From the human T2T-CHM13v2.0 reference genome, Homo sapiens, in NCBI GenBank assembly GCA_009914755.4, contig CP068257.2, positions 38,304,001-38,368,000 on the forward strand: a stretch of 64,000 nucleotides of DNA. Direction: 5' to 3'. Every line of letters begins with the position of its first letter. The first letter of the stretch is position 1. The notes beneath the pieces were generated by a model. That model made no database searches, was not told the origin of the DNA, and worked only from the letters and a program-made list of their open reading frames with translations. Shown here piece by piece: positions 26,154 through 41,329 of the stretch. Both the position numbers and the translations under genes were made by a program.

Positions 26154-28199
26154 CTATCAAGGAGCACATCTGAGATGGAACTGTTGCCAACCCATGTCCC
26201 ATGGATGAAATAAAAGGAAAGTCCATAGGTTCCTTATTGTGGAGCCTCAGACAACAAATTCTCTGTCACCCTTTAGAGTGGATAAACATCCTTGAATGGT
26301 GGGTCATGCTCATTATTTCAAAAATTTCTTATTTCACTGTAGTGTTGAGCATCTATTATTTTCAAGTCCCCCTACTCCAGCATGTTGAAAAATCAATGAT
26401 ACATGAGATAGAGCTCTTGCTTTTTGAAACATTTCAGCCTAACAAGGAAGAAAAGTCAGGATCAAACTAAAGTGCATTACAAAGCAGGGTGTAAACTTGC
26501 CGCCAAAGAGGAGCAGACTCTATGTGCAGGGGGAAGGTGAGCTTGCATGGTGGTACCACACATGCTACCATGCCAGCTGCCACCAGCAGCTGTGACCACC
26601 ATGGCTGTGACTATGAACACGTGTCCAGCTCACATGCCATGCCAGATGTCATTCTAAGTGCTCTCATTTTTTTTTTTTTTCATTTAACCCTGACACTGAC
26701 CCTACAGATTGGGAACTATTATCTCCATTTTGAAGATGTATATAATGCCATTGGTTGTATTCTGTATTTAGGGGCTTTAGCCTGTCTATGCTTTTAGACT
26801 TATTTGGAGCCAATTCTTAAAAGCATAATATTCATGTCATGGCTTAGGCTTTGTTTTCTTAATCATGTTCATCATGAGTCCTGCAGACCTTTAGTTAATC
26901 TGGTAGACCAGGGTATGTAAAGAGAAGCACATTCATCTGCCAAAGGCAGAATTTCCAGCAAAGCGTTACAGCATGTAAGTGTTTAGTGCATGTGTCCCTT
27001 GAAAACTTGGGCAGCGGCAGTACTGTCTTGATAACTGTTCTTCATTATTATGACTCTTTATTGATAAAATGATTTAGCATAGAACAAAAGGGACATTTTG
27101 TTTGAAAAATGAAGTGCTTGAAGAACTGACCTGCAGATGAACAGAAAATTGATGAAGATGGTTTTCGAAACACATTGTTCTGATCCGAATGCTGAATTCC
27201 ACCCCTACCCTCTTGCTGCCTCCATTAATTCCCTCTGCATGTCTGCAACCACAGCCGTTTACTGACCTTGCTCCACAGCCCCACTATGACTGTGTCTCTG
27301 CCCTCTCATTAATTTCTTCCAACCACCCCCATTAACCTTCATTTTCTTTTTAGCCTCTGCCTCTAAGTCAGCCTAATTTTTTTAGCATACACATTCCCCT
27401 TCCCTCTTGGCCCATTGCCTGGCTTTTGTTTCTTACTTGTGAAAACATTACATGATTCTACTAAGCTGATAAGAATCTATCAGCATTCTATACCCCAAAT
27501 TTTCCATTTCCATGTCCTGTTTCCCTGCCAAAATAGCTTTCAACTTTTTCAGCTGCTCCTTTGGGCACTTACTTCCATATTTCTAAAACTTGCTTATGTA
27601 GCTCTTTCTTAATTTTTCAGTTTCAGATATTGTATGATGACTTCCTACATGAAACATGAGGATTTGCCTCTCCTCCTGATCTTTCCTTTCCCTTATTTTC
27701 TCAATACAATTGATGTTTTGATGTTTTCTTTATTATGTCTTTGTTAATGTAATCCACAGCTGAGTCATTTAACATACTGTCATCGCATTTTCTTTCCTGG
27801 AGTTAATAATTTTCTAATTTTACCTTTGCTTAGTTTTTATGTAGTTACCACTATTTTAATGCTGGACTTTCCACCAAAAATATATTTTTCCTTAATATAT
27901 TCAAAGGTCTCAAGAGTAACCTGTAGTTTCCTTTTTTCAAATTTTTTTTCAGAGACTCTTCCTCCATCTTCATGCTCCAGTAGGGCTCTGGCACAGATTC
28001 CATCCTGGAGTGTCTATTCATTATCCTTCAGGGAGCTGTTCAGTATTTCTCCTGTCCTAGGTCATCATATGTTCATTCCTCTTTCATGGTTGTCTTTCTC
28101 ATGTGGATGGAATATATCTTTAGGATCCTGTTAAGAAAGGTGAAGAAAGGGGACCTAGAAGGTATTGAATTTCTGCATTTTTAAGATGTATTTTTCTTA

Positions 28200-29765
28200 A
28201 CACTTTAATTGAATGATAGTTTGGCTAGGTATACAATTTTAGGGGGTGAACAATTATTTTTTTGGTTTTTAATACTCTTTTATTAGCTTTACTGATACAT
28301 AATTTACAAGCAATAATGATCACTCATTAAAAAGTATACAGTTTTATGATTTTGGTGACTGTATACAGCTGTGTAACGGCTACTACTATCAAGATACAGA
28401 ACAGTCCTATCACCCTAAAACAATTCCTCATGCCCCTCTATATTTGAACCTCAGGCAGCCAGTGCTCTGCTTTGTGTCACTATAGATTTGCCTTTTCCAG
28501 AACTTCATATAAAAGGAATCATACATTACGTAGACTGTTGTGTTTAACTTCTTATTTAGTATGTTTTGTGATTCATCCATGTTGTTGTGTATGCCAGTAT
28601 TTCATTTCAATTTATGGCAGAGTAGTATTCCCTAGTATGGATATCCTGTACCATCCCTTCAACAACTGATAGACAATTTATTTGCATCCATTTTGGGATT
28701 TTATTATTCATTCTGAAACAAACATTAGCATACAAGTCTTTGTGTGCATATATGTGTTTATTTCATTTCTTTTTCAATGAGTGGTATTGCTAGGTCATAT
28801 GGTAAGTTTGTACTTAAGTTTATAAGAAATGGCCAAACTGTTTTCCAAAGTGGCTGTGCCATTTTGCATTTTTGCCAGCAACGCATGAGATTTTTAGTAG
28901 TTGCCCATCCTTTTCAACACGTGGCACTGTTTCTTAAGACTCTGAATTGTTCTTTATTGTATAGCTTCCATTATTGCTGAAGAGGAATCCAACACCATTC
29001 TCATTTCCAATCTTTTGTGCCCTAGTTTTTACTCTAAAATACTTAAAATTCTTCTCTTTAGCCCCAGTTTTCTGAAAATTTACATGGATTGCATTGAGGT
29101 AAGTGTCTTTCATCCATTTGTACTGGATGTTTAAAGGTAACTTTCCAACTGGAGTCTTGCATCCTTCAGTTCCTGGAAATATTCCTAAATTATTTATTTG
29201 GTAATTTATTCTCCATTTTTATCTGAAGTAACTTTCTAAAATATCTGTTATATGGATGTTGGCTTCCTGGAATGATCCTTTTATTTTGTTTATTTTTCTC
29301 TCCCATTTTCATCTCTCTGTCACTTTGTCTTACTAGCTGGAAGATTTCTTTTTTCAATTTTGCCTTTCAATGCATCTGTTTTTCATTTTGACCTGATATT
29401 TTTAGTTTCCTATGTCTATTTTTAGTTGCTTGAATCTATTTTTTTTGTAATCACACTTTTTTCTGATTTTATTTAAAAAGTATCTACTCATAGCTATTAG
29501 GATGTTAATTACAGTTTTTTCCCCAAAAGATATATTATGCTCCCTGCAACATCTCTTTTTTTCTATTTTTTATTTTTTAGAGTTTGTCTTTCCTTTCATG
29601 TTAAATAAGTGATTCTCAACTGGGTTGGGAGTAGGCAGATATTTCATCTTCAATAGATATTTGTCAATAGCTGGAAATAGTTTGAGTTGTCACAACTGGC
29701 GTGGGTGCTGCTAGCATCTAGCGGGTGGAGGCCAGGGATGTTGCTAAGCATTTTACAATGCACAG
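28200..29765 (+). mobile_element. Ancient L1 (L1M-type) 3'-terminal region
   Basis: These L1 3'-end motifs are present: 'aaaagtatacagttttatgattttggtgactgtatacagctgtgtaacggctactactatcaagatacagaacagtcctatcaccctaaaacaattcctcatgcc', 'gcagagtagtattccctagtatggatatcctgtaccatcccttcaacaactgatagacaatt', 'ggtattgctaggtcatatggtaagtttgtacttaagtttataagaaatggccaaactgttttccaaagtggctgtgccattttgcatttttgccagcaacgcatgagat', and the terminal block '...ttgtcacaactggcgtgggtgctgctagcatctagcgggtggaggccagggatgttgctaagcattttacaatgcacagaatagcccc'. The boundaries are approximate. Confidence 0.7.
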
Positions 29766-29776
29766 AATAGCCCCCT

Positions 29777-30323
29777 GTGATGGTTAATACTGAGTGTCAA
29801 CCTGATTGGATTGACGGATGCAAAGTATTGTTCCTGGGTGTGTCTGTAGGGGTATTGCCAAAGGAGATTCACATTTGAGTCAGTGGACAGGAAAAAGCAG
29901 ACCCACCCTCAATCTGGGTGGGTACAATCTAATTAGCTGCCAGTACAGCTGGAATAAAGCAGGCAGACGAACATGGAAAAACTAGACTGGCTGAGTCTTC
30001 TGGCCTTCATCTTTCTCCCGTGCTGGATGCTTCCTGCCCTCGAACATTGGACTCCAAGTTCTTCAGCTTTGGGACTCTTGGACCTACACCAGTGGTTTGC
30101 CAGGAGCTCTCAGGCCTTTGGACGCAGACTGAAGGCTGCACTGTCCCCTTCTTAGTTTTGAGGTTTTGGGACTTGGAGTGGCTTTCTTGCTTCTCAGCTT
30201 GCAGATGGCCTATTGCAGGACTTCACTTTGTGATCGTGTAAGTCAATGCTCCTTAATAAACTCCCTTTCATATATACATCTATCCTATTAGTCCTGTCCC
30301 TCTAGAGAACCCTGACTAATACA
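29777..30323 (+). mobile_element. MaLR solo LTR of the MST/THE1 group (MSTA/MSTB-like)
   Basis: It starts with 'tgtgatggttaatactgagtgtcaacctgattggattgacggatgcaaagtattgttcctgggtgtgtctgtaggggtattgccaaaggagattcacatttgagtcagtggac'. It ends with '...aataaactccctttcatatatacatctatcctattagtcctgtccctctagagaaccctgactaataca'. ORFs 29973..30155 and 30020..30241 fall inside it. Confidence 0.8.
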
Positions 30324-33300
30324 CCTTGCCATAGCAAAGGATTTTCCAGCTGCAAATCATAATAGTGCTGAGGCTGAGAAACCCTGTGCTTGTAGATGCT
30401 TTTGTGAAATGTCTGCTGATAGTTCATATTTAAAGGCAGTGCATTCCAAAGTATCTGTGGGCAAGGCTTGCTGACCCGTGGCTTCAAGGTAGGGAGGTTT
30501 GGCTGGGTCTTTCCATTGTTATGTTTGGATCATTGTTAGGGCTCAGGAGAAATCCTCAAAGTCCTAGCATGAGTGTGTAGCGGGAAGAGTATAAGTCTGG
30601 CAACGCATGTGCTCTGAACTGAAGGGGCTCAGGGGTCTTACCCTTTAGTGTGTCCATTTTTATTGAATTCTCTTAACCTCAGTGATGCCTCTATTTCAGT
30701 CTCTCTAGAGAATGAACTTCAGCCTCATGCCGGGTGGAGGTGGACAGCTTGGGAGGTAACTGCCCTTACACAGACTTTCAATCAATGCTCCTGTTTTTGG
30801 GAACACCTGCTCCCCAGTGTCCCCCTGAGCTCTAACCTCTGTCCATCCTCCCTGCAGGTCATTCCTTCTTTCAGAGTTGACTCTGCTGGTTTTCCCCAGT
30901 AGCTGCCACATACCCTTTAAATTCTCTTTAAACGCTTATCCACTGTCAGCTGCTCCCTGAAGTCTTAGCAGATGATCTCACCTCCCATGTTACTGAGCAG
31001 ACTGAAGCCATTCCAATATAAATCCTAATTTCATTCCTCTTATGGACGGCGTGGCTTAGCCTCATCTCTCTTCTCACTCCTGTTTATGAAGAAATATCTG
31101 TTCCCTTATAAAGGTGCCCCGTTGCCCTGTGTGCCGGATCACTCTCCTCCTAGCTGTCCAAAAAAGCTGCTCCACAGTTCTCCTTTACGTGAGCATTCCG
31201 TTTCTTCCACATCATGGTCCCCGTTCTTCCCGTAAAAATATGGTCAAGTCTACTCTGGCTTTAAAAACAAAGTCATTCCATTACTCTGGTATTTACTAAG
31301 ACTCCTGTCCTTCTCCTCACAGCCAATTTTCTTTAAAAAAGTTGTCTGCATTTCTGGAAAAAAATTACCCACCTGGCATATGAGAGCTGGCCCTCCCTTC
31401 CTTCCCTCCAAATATCACTGGTGATAATCCTGGCTGACCCTCTGGGGGACAATCCCAGAGTTCCCTATCCTCTTGTCACTGTGTTTCCTCTCTGCTGGTT
31501 TCTTCTCTCCCCGTTATTGGGTGTTCCTTTCCTCCTGCTCACTAATACATGGAAGAGTCGCTCTGGGCACCGCACTCCCCTTATTCCTTCTCTGCGGGAT
31601 AATCGTAGGCAGACCCATGGTTTCTACTCAGTTGGCTCCCAGATCTGCATCACCAGCTTCCCGGTTTAACAAGCTCAGGTTCCCTATGAGGCATACCTGA
31701 GGGTAAGAGCCCTGTGATTTTAGATTATGTGGGTATATTAGTCATATGTGTATTTTTTGCATTTTATGATGCTTTGCTGATGCTTTGCTATTCTGGGGCC
31801 TGGAGAGACGATCCCTTCCAGCGCTAGCGAATTCCCGACATAGCAAACATTTTCCCTGCAAACACGCCTTTCATGTGCAAAACAATAAAAGAAAGCCCAA
31901 ATCACCAACCACCTCTTTTATCAAACGCTCATATACCAAGCCAATGTTTTCTCTGCCCTAAATTGCCCCAAAGGTCAGGTACTGGACAACTAGAGACCAT
32001 CTCTCTAGCCCAGAGCCTGCTGAAATTATTCAAACTATCCAATCCTAAACTTGCTCAAACTTATCTACTCTGCTTCACCATGGAAACCATCATGAGGGCT
32101 CCGGGCCAGGATTTCCCCAGCCTCCCGACTGGTCCTGCATGGCATGGTGTACTCCCTTCTCTTGGGAACTGCGAGGGAATCCTGGCCACAGCTGCAGCAG
32201 TGCGGAAAAAAAGACAGAAGTCAAAATATTGCTGCAATGGCTACGTGCATAATGGCAGAGTGCGGCATCCCCTGTCAACCTGCTGTGGTTTCCTGGTGGG
32301 CTCACGTTGCCAGGTGTGGAAAATAGCCTCTCACCTCAGAGAAAATATTCGGCATTTCTACCCTTCCTCCACATCACACCTTCATTGTGTTCTATCTTAA
32401 TTTGGGAACTTTTGTTTTGTTTTGTTTTGCTCCTAAGCTATTCACATACTTCTGCTTGCCAAATTACTCTGAAATTACATTTTGTTGTCCATCTGTAGAT
32501 GTAGACCAAGGAAATATGGTCTTTCACTCTTTTTAAGTTCAAAATAAAAGCCTAGTGCGTATTCTGTGATTTAGTGCACAAAGGAGCAAGCAACCTCTTG
32601 GGAGCCCCGCACTTGCTCACGTGCTCATTAAGCTGCTCTTGGATGGAGCCTCGTGGCTTAGGTGCTGAGTCCTGCCACACATAATAGTCACCTGGGAAGC
32701 TCTGTAAAAGCACCATTGTGTGGGCTCCTCCCCAGACCAATTATAGGGCTTGGGCATCAGGATTTTCACAAAGCTTTTCAAAGGATTCAAATGTGCTGCC
32801 AGCACAGAGAACTAACGTTCCAGTTGGGTTTTGTTCTCTGCTTTTTTGTGCTTTTTTGGCCAAGACTTAAGTTTTTCTCCAAAGGTTCTCAGACTTCAGT
32901 GTATATTGGAATCACCTGGAGAACTTGCTAAGACGGATTTTGGACGCTCATCCTCAGCGTTTTTGATTCAGTAGGTCTGGGGTGGGGCCTAAGAATGTGC
33001 ATTTCTAACAAATACCCAGTTGATGCTGGTACTGCTGGTCCAGGCCACTTCTTTGAGAACCACTGCCTAACTCTGCCTAAGGGTGTTCCTCTTCTGGGAT
33101 CTGTTTCTCAGAGTTAGGGTAATCAATTAGTCTCCATTTTGGCATTAAACCTCTTATGTTCTGGGAAACCCCTCAGTCCCTGGAAAACCGGGATAGTTTG
33201 TCCCCAAAAAGATATGTCTGCATCCTAATCTCCAGAATCTGTCGATGCGACCTTACTTGGGAAAAGGCAGAGACCCCAGACCCTGTCTCTGCATATGTAA

Positions 33301-34017
33301 TGAAGTTAGGAATCTTGAGATGAGATTATCCTGGGTTATCTGGGTAGGCCCTAAATCCAATGGCAAGCGTCCTTATAAGAACAACACAGAGGAAGATTAC
33401 ACAGACAGAAGAGAAGGTGACCATGTGACCACAGAGGCATGGAGTGCAGAGAGACAGTCCCAAGCCAAGGAATGTCCCCAGACTGAATCGAGGGTAGGGG
33501 TGCTTATTCTCACAGCCCAGTAATGAGATGTAGATGAACTGGGAAAGATGAAAGTTTATTTCTGTAACCAGGGACAGGGAGAAGGCCAGGAAAATATCAC
33601 CGGGCCAACTCAAAATTACAAAGTTTTCCGGAGCTTATATACCTTCTAAGCTAATGTGTACATGTAAGTGTGCATTCATCCAAAGATATAAGTGATTAAC
33701 TTCTAATCTATAACTAAGGTCTGAGTCCTGAAGACCTTCCTCTGGAGCCTCAGTAAATTTACTTAATGTAGATGGGTCCAGGTGCCAGAGATGATTACCC
33801 TTATCTTGTCACCTGCTAAATCAGGGAGGTTTGGGGAGTTCCCAATAAAACTTGTTTGTGAAGATCTGGAGAGATTCTTCAGACCCACGATAAAACTTGT
33901 TTAATCCTAAACAGGTCCTGTTAAGAATTCCTTTGTTATCTTGTCATGCTTCAAGGCCCAGGAAAGGCCTGGGCAAAACTCTTGGTGGGCTTTTGTTACA
34001 TTCCAGCTTTTGTATAA

Positions 34018-34344
<327 letters not shown>

Positions 34345-35566
34345 TCTTTCAGCTTTTAGTATTTAACTTAACCACTCAGTCAGTGCCGAAACCGCTGTCG
34401 TGGAGGCTGCCTGCTCAGCTGGTAGTGAGACCTGGCCTGCCACAGGAATGCAGATGGCCACCAGAGGCTGGAAGAGACAAGGTATCCATTCTCCCCTAGA
34501 TCCTTTGGAGAGAGCATAGTCTTGCTGATATCTTAATTTTGGATTTCTTCTGCAGAACTGTGAGAGAATGCTTGTCTGTTATTTTAAGCCACCGGGTTTG
34601 TGGTAATCTGTGACAGCAGCTCTAGGTAACTAATACCATCCCTTTAACTCACCACTACTATTCTAGAGGGATATTGGGGGCAGTTTCCACCTCTCCTGCC
34701 TATCAAAAGTGAGATGTTCTGAAATCACGTAACCTTCACAAAGACCAGCTGATTGACTAATGAGTCTATAAAAACACTTCCCAGAAAGAACAGTCTAGAA
34801 ACCAATGAAGCACAGCTAATCTGACCTATTACAAGTACGGAAGACTATCTACGGTAGGTCATTAAGCAGCCAATGATGTAAATAAAACCTCTGCTAATGT
34901 TAAATGTGCCACTTTGTTTTGCAGGATGCAGCAGGCCGACAGTCATAGGCGGCCTGTTGGAAGCGCTCTGCAGCAGCTGTGCTCAGGGTGCAGCGAGACC
35001 TGGTGGAGAGAGCTGGTGGCTTCGTTGAGGAGGGATGGCAATGTTAGAGCCCAGTGTGGATGGCCTTTCCGTGTTCTGTGAAGGCGCTGGCAACTCCACA
35101 GAGCTGGAAAGGCTGGGCCATGAACAGGGCTCACCCTGTCAACTCCAAGTCACCTCCAGGACCTGTGGCTAAAATGATTGGAAGAGGAAGGGCCAGAAAC
35201 ACATGGAAAGCTCTAGAAGTGTCAGATTGGCCTCGTACAGCCCTTGGGCTAGCTCCACTCTGGAAAACCAGGTATGAATGTATTTGGGGCCCCGGACTGG
35301 GGTGCTCTCTTTTCCCCATTTCTTCTGGCTGTTTAGCTGCTGCCTCTGAGGGGTTTCTGGCTCCTATACCTTTGCTGAAGTTTGAGTCATGATTTTCTCT
35401 TGATGCTCGTCTTTTGGACTGTTTGCTGACGTCCCACTGTGTGAACAGTCTTCTTCAGGTTGCCCGTACTTAGTGTCCAGCGTATGCTGTGATGTATTGT
35501 ACTTAAAGAAAGCTCCTCCGTTGTCTGATAAGAATATATTTCTGCATACAGAGATTACAAATTATT

Positions 35567-35612
35567 TTATTATTTTATTTTATTTTATTTTATTTTATTC
35601 TATTTTATTTTT
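35567..35612. repeat. (TTTTA)n microsatellite derived from the tail of the adjacent Alu
   Basis: ttattttattattttattttattttattttattttattctattttatttttt. Confidence 0.9.
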
Positions 35613-35898
35613 TGAGACGGGTCTAGCTCTGTTGCCCAGACTGGAGTGCAATGACGAGATCTTAGCTTACTGCAAACCTGCAACTTCTGCCTCCTGGGCT
35701 CAAGCAATCCTCCCACCTCAGCCTCTGGAGTAGCTAGCACCGCAGGTGTGTGCTACCACACCAGTCTATTTTTTTTGTTTGTTTTTTTTAGAAACAGAGT
35801 CTTGTTTTATAAACAGGTGGGCCTCAAACTCCTGAGCTCAACAGATCTGCCCGCCTTGGCCTCCCAAAGTGCTCATGGATTACAGCCATGAGCCACCA
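35613..35898 (-). mobile_element. Alu SINE
   Basis: 'gagacgggtctagctctgttgcccagactggagtgcaatgacgagatcttagcttactgcaaacctgcaacttctgcctcctgggctcaagcaatcctcccacctcagcc...gattacagccatgagccaccatgcctggcc'. Confidence 0.9.
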
Positions 35899-36289
35899 TG
35901 CCTGGCCTAAAAATTTTTTTAACAGTTTACTCTGCATGTAATAAAGCAGTCTTGAACTGGGAGACTTCTAACCAAAAGTGCTAAGTAGCTCAGGTCATAG
36001 CATTTACAGTGTAGCTCATGAAGCACAAATGAAGAAGAACACTGACTTTATTGTTACGGGCTATTATAAACTCTCATTCCTTTTAGGCCAAGTAGAACTG
36101 TATAAGCTGTTTTGTCTGTAGCTGATTAGCTCAGAATCATGCTGACAAAATAAAATCTTAAGTTTTGTTTACAGTTAAAGCTAGCATTGCAAGGAAATCA
36201 GGATGGTTTGTTAGCTATGTGGCTGTGGGCAGTTGGCCCAGAGGTATAGCCGAACTGTAACCTCTGTTTTCTCTTTTTAAATATTCTCA

Positions 36290-36800
36290 TTATATGAATT
36301 TAAGGTTTACAACATGTTGCTTTGATGTATGTGTACATGGTGCAGTCATTTACCACAGTCATGTAAATCAACGTATCCATCACCTTGCATAGTTCTTTTT
36401 TTTTTTTTTGTAGTAAGAGTACCAAAAATGGACACTTTTTAGCAGTCCTCATATTGTATATTAGATTTCTAGGGTAATCCATCCCAGCTAACTGCATCTT
36501 GATATGCTTCCATGTCTCCACATTCCTACCAAGCCCCCACCCCTGGTAATCAACTTTCTATTCTGTTTGTATGTATTTAATTATTATTTTTGTATTCCAC
36601 GTATAAGTGAAATCAGGCAGTATTTTTTTTTTCCCTGTCTGGCTTATTTTACTTAGCATAATGTCCTCTAGGTTCATCCATGTTACTGCAAATGGCAGGC
36701 TCTCTTACAAATTATTTAAGGGCAAGAATCAGGCTATCTGCTTTTTCTCACTTTCAACACACCCAGGCCTCTCACATCACCATACAATGGAATCTTAACT
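36290..36800 (+). mobile_element. L1 3'-region fragment (segment just downstream of ORF2 in older primate L1s)
   Basis: 'aggtttacaacatgttgctttgatgtatgtgtacatggtgcagtcatttaccacagtcatgtaaatcaacgtatccatcaccttgcatagttc...ccacgtataagtgaaatcaggcagtatt...tctggcttattttacttagcataatgtcctctaggttcatccatgttactgcaaatggcagg'. Confidence 0.7.
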
Positions 36801-38665
36801 AGCACAGGTTTATTCCATTTCCCACCATTCAAAAACTATTATCGAGTCTAAATATTATTGAAAACTTTCTGGTTCAGCTTTCAATTGAAGGGGGCCCCCA
36901 AATGGATCTCAGCAGCTGGCTACTAAATGTTCCAAAACATGAGGCAAGAGGATCCACACACTGTACCTGGGAGAGGGTGCTGTGGTCACAGGAAAAGCTC
37001 AGTACCCGGCACCTCTGCAGACACTCAGTGACTTTGCTGAATGAATGCAGCCCGAGGGAATCAGCGGCACCTGGTAATAGAAATACATAGATGCATTTTG
37101 CATGACAGAGAGAATCCATTTGGAAACTCAACTTTTGCAGTAATGGTTGTTATGGGACTCAGTTTCAGAGACCATAAAAGAGAAATTCTAAGTTATGTTT
37201 AATGTCATGTCCAGCCCAGGACATGACCTGACCAAAGGCTTCAAATGTGTTTGAAATCTGGTGTTTCAGTCTAAAAATTCACATAAACGTTGCATTCAAT
37301 TCTCTAGTACTTGCACTTTACTCACCAGGGAAAGAAATCACTTTTTCAGGAAGATGCGCCATGTTTGCTTTGTGACTTTCTCACTCCTTCACTGCTAGGT
37401 ACTCTAGAATTCAAGGTTCGCATGCACAGCTCTTCAATGTGACTGGCTCATAGAACAACTGTAAGTAATTGTGTTAAAATAGTAATTTTAAAGAGGGAGT
37501 GTGTTTAACATAGTTTATAAAATGTAAAAGATGTAAGATCCAGTACATAGTTCTAGCCACCTCTACAGCTAGCTATGAAGGATGATCTTAGAGAAAATTT
37601 AAAGTGCTTATTGCTAAAAATAGAAGCAACCTGTCAAGATGCAATGGGCTTTTGTAACAGGCTCTGCAACCTCTTCTCAAAAAAGTAGAATTGTTAGTAG
37701 GCTAAAATGCTGTGGGATTTTAATACACAGGTTTACCACTGAAGTTTTTAATTTGGGATGGCTAACATAAAAATGATCTTCTATCAACACTTTAGAGGAT
37801 GGTTTCTTTGGGATTTATTTATAATTTTACTGAAAAATTACTGTGTAGGGAAGAGAGAGTGACTGTTTCTGAATATCATTGAAATTACGCTATGCAAAGG
37901 CCTTAAACTGGAGAAAGAAGAGGAGCTTAAAGAGAAAATAGAAAACCTCCCATCGATGGGATGATTATTTCAAAAACTAAAAATTTTGTGTCAGTCACTT
38001 TGGTGCAAAATTACAAAGACTCTCTGTTGGTTCCTTACACATTTCAATTGGATTTGTTTTTGGCATTTTATTACTCAGTCCCAAATCCAAAGGGAATTTC
38101 ATAAAATTAATTTGTTCACTTCCCCACCACCCCACCAACAAAAGCCCCCAAACGCAATGTTGTATCCAAGGATAGTCAGGCTTCCTGCTGATAAAAGCTG
38201 ATCTTGTTCTTCTAGCTAATGTTCTAGGGAACTATTTCTAGAAGCTTAGGAATGTCTTTAAAACTTAGAAGCTCAAGTCAATGTCATGTAAATGAAACTA
38301 AGCTTATGAAAAATTAGTTTCTTTCTACTTTTGGCACCCTCAGTAAACACTGCAGCACAGATTTTTTTTTTCCACAATGTCTGACCTTGGGAAGTTATGG
38401 CACATGACAGAATAAAACAAAGTAGAAAGAGTATTTTAAAAATATTATGTGAGCCTGCTAACTCTTGGTTTTAAATGTAGACGTTGGCTTCTAAGCAACT
38501 AATTTTTAAAAACTTAAAGATAAGAAACTAAGTTTTATGAAAAGAAGTGGTACTTCTGAGGTTTTAAGAGTTAAACTTATCTGAGGAGGAAGAAATTTCT
38601 ATGAATGTGTGGCGAAACTTTGAGGGGTATTTGATATACCTTCTGCGAACTGACTCTCAAAGTGA

Positions 38666-39026
<361 letters not shown>

Positions 39027-39852
39027 TAACAGGTAAGGCAGGAGAGAAGGGGAGGCTGTGGATTGAGTCATATTTTTCTCAAAGTTGTGTCCAAAATATG
39101 CTTCTATCAGTGTCGGTGTTAATAAGCCAAGCAGTCACGTGAAATGGGATGTTCTTTCTTGCTTCTTTTTTTGAAACTTGCTGACCTGATGTGTTTTCCA
39201 CCTCAAATTTCAAGAGTCAGGTGGATTTTTCTTTCTTTTTCTTTTTTTGAAGTTCAAATTCTGCCAGTTTGTATATTTTTGGCTGGGGCTCAAAAATAAA
39301 ATAGGCAGGCATTTATTAAATACAGTGACTTTTCAAAAACTGTTATTTCTATATTTTTATTTTTAACAATGTGAATAGAAATTTTAAAAGAATGCTTCAT
39401 GTTAGCAAGAACGCTTACAGAATGAAACTTTTCTTAAAAATTTGAATTTAACAACCCCAGAAAACACTGCATTTTAGCTTAAGTCAGGAATCCAAGGAGA
39501 GGAGAGGAAATAGAGGGATGAGAGAATGGGTCTGACTTGAATTCTACCTCAGATGTAGGGAAACACAGTAACAGTTTTTCAACCCTTTCGGCATCAATAA
39601 TCATCACTTGCATTTCAGTTCGGTTCAGAAATTGTCATTCATGGCCTTTTTCTGGGTCTTATAAGCACTCAGTGCTACTCTGCTTACAAGGAGGGCAAAT
39701 TCCTCACTTTGGTTATGACCTTTGGTCTCTTCCACTTCCTCACTCTCACTGCTTTTATTTTCATTTATTAAATTCACCTCTGTGTGTGTCCACGTTGCAT
39801 GTGCAGTATTTTTTTTTTCTAGTCTTGACTTTGAGCTTCTAGATACTGCTAG

Positions 39853-40205
<353 letters not shown>

Positions 40206-41329
40206 TAGAAAATTATTTCAGATAGCCTCAGTTGAGTCCTCCTTCGTATGTGACATTTCTCATCAGTTATCCTAGTTAATTCCCTAGTGGGTTGCTCACA
40301 GTGGCTAATCTGTCCCTTTCCTAGTCTCTCCAATTTTCAAACTTACTTTCTTAAACCTCCTTATCCTCTGAAAATCAACTTGTGTTCTACTTCACTGAGA
40401 AGACATGACTATTTAAATTTTCCCTCTCTCTCAGCCTGTTTCACCCCACCAGTATCAGAATTCTCTACATCGCCTGTTCTCTTCTCTTTTAGTAATATTT
40501 CATAAGATGAAATATCTCTCTTCCTTTTTCATCACTGGAAAATTCTCAGCCATTATCTCTTTGAATATTACTTCTGTCCAATTTTCCCTCTTTCTTCTCC
40601 TTTTTGGGACACCAAATATATGTATGTTGGACCTTCTGTGAGTATCCCGTATGTTATTTACGCTCTTAACCATTTTTCCCACTATTTTTTTCCTCTCTGA
40701 AATTCGGGTGCTATTAGTTTTTCCTCCAGTTCACTAATACTGTATTCTGCTGTGTCCGATCCACTGTTAAACCTATCCACTATTACCTAATATTTAGATA
40801 TTATTACTTTTTCAATTCTAGAGGTCTACTTGGTTATTTATAAAGTAGTTATTTGGCAAAATTCTCCTTCTTTTTATCCACTTTATGATTCTTTTTCTTC
40901 ATTTAAATAAACATATTAATCAAATTAAAGACCTTGTTTGCTCTCTTTAGCTTATCTGTGATTTCACTTTGATTGAAATTTTTTTTTCTTCTGATTATTG
41001 GTCATATGGTCTTCCCTCTTTGGATGTCCAATTCTCCTTTTCTTCGTAGTAAGTAGAGACTGCAGTTGTTGTTCTCTTCCACCAAAGAGATTGTTGCTTC
41101 CTTTGTTAGGCAGAGAGGGTAAGGACTAACTGGCTTAATACAGAGGTTGAGCTGAGCTGGGTGTTGAGCTTCAGTTTTAGTGAGACTCAGTCTACATCTA
41201 GTTCACGGCTCTTCTAGCCTTTTGATCTGAGCCCATCCGGGTTTCTATCTCAGTCCTGAAAGACTGTGAAAGATTTCATTCTGCCCTTCAGAGGTTTTTA
41301 GCTTAGCTCTTGAACTTCACACCTGTATT

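Noticed and set aside
31873-32400. 175-aa ORF on the + strand
   Set aside because: There is no similarity to any protein family I know. It is Cys- and Leu-rich and has no flanking exon signals. I consider it a chance ORF within the CpG-retaining block noted above.
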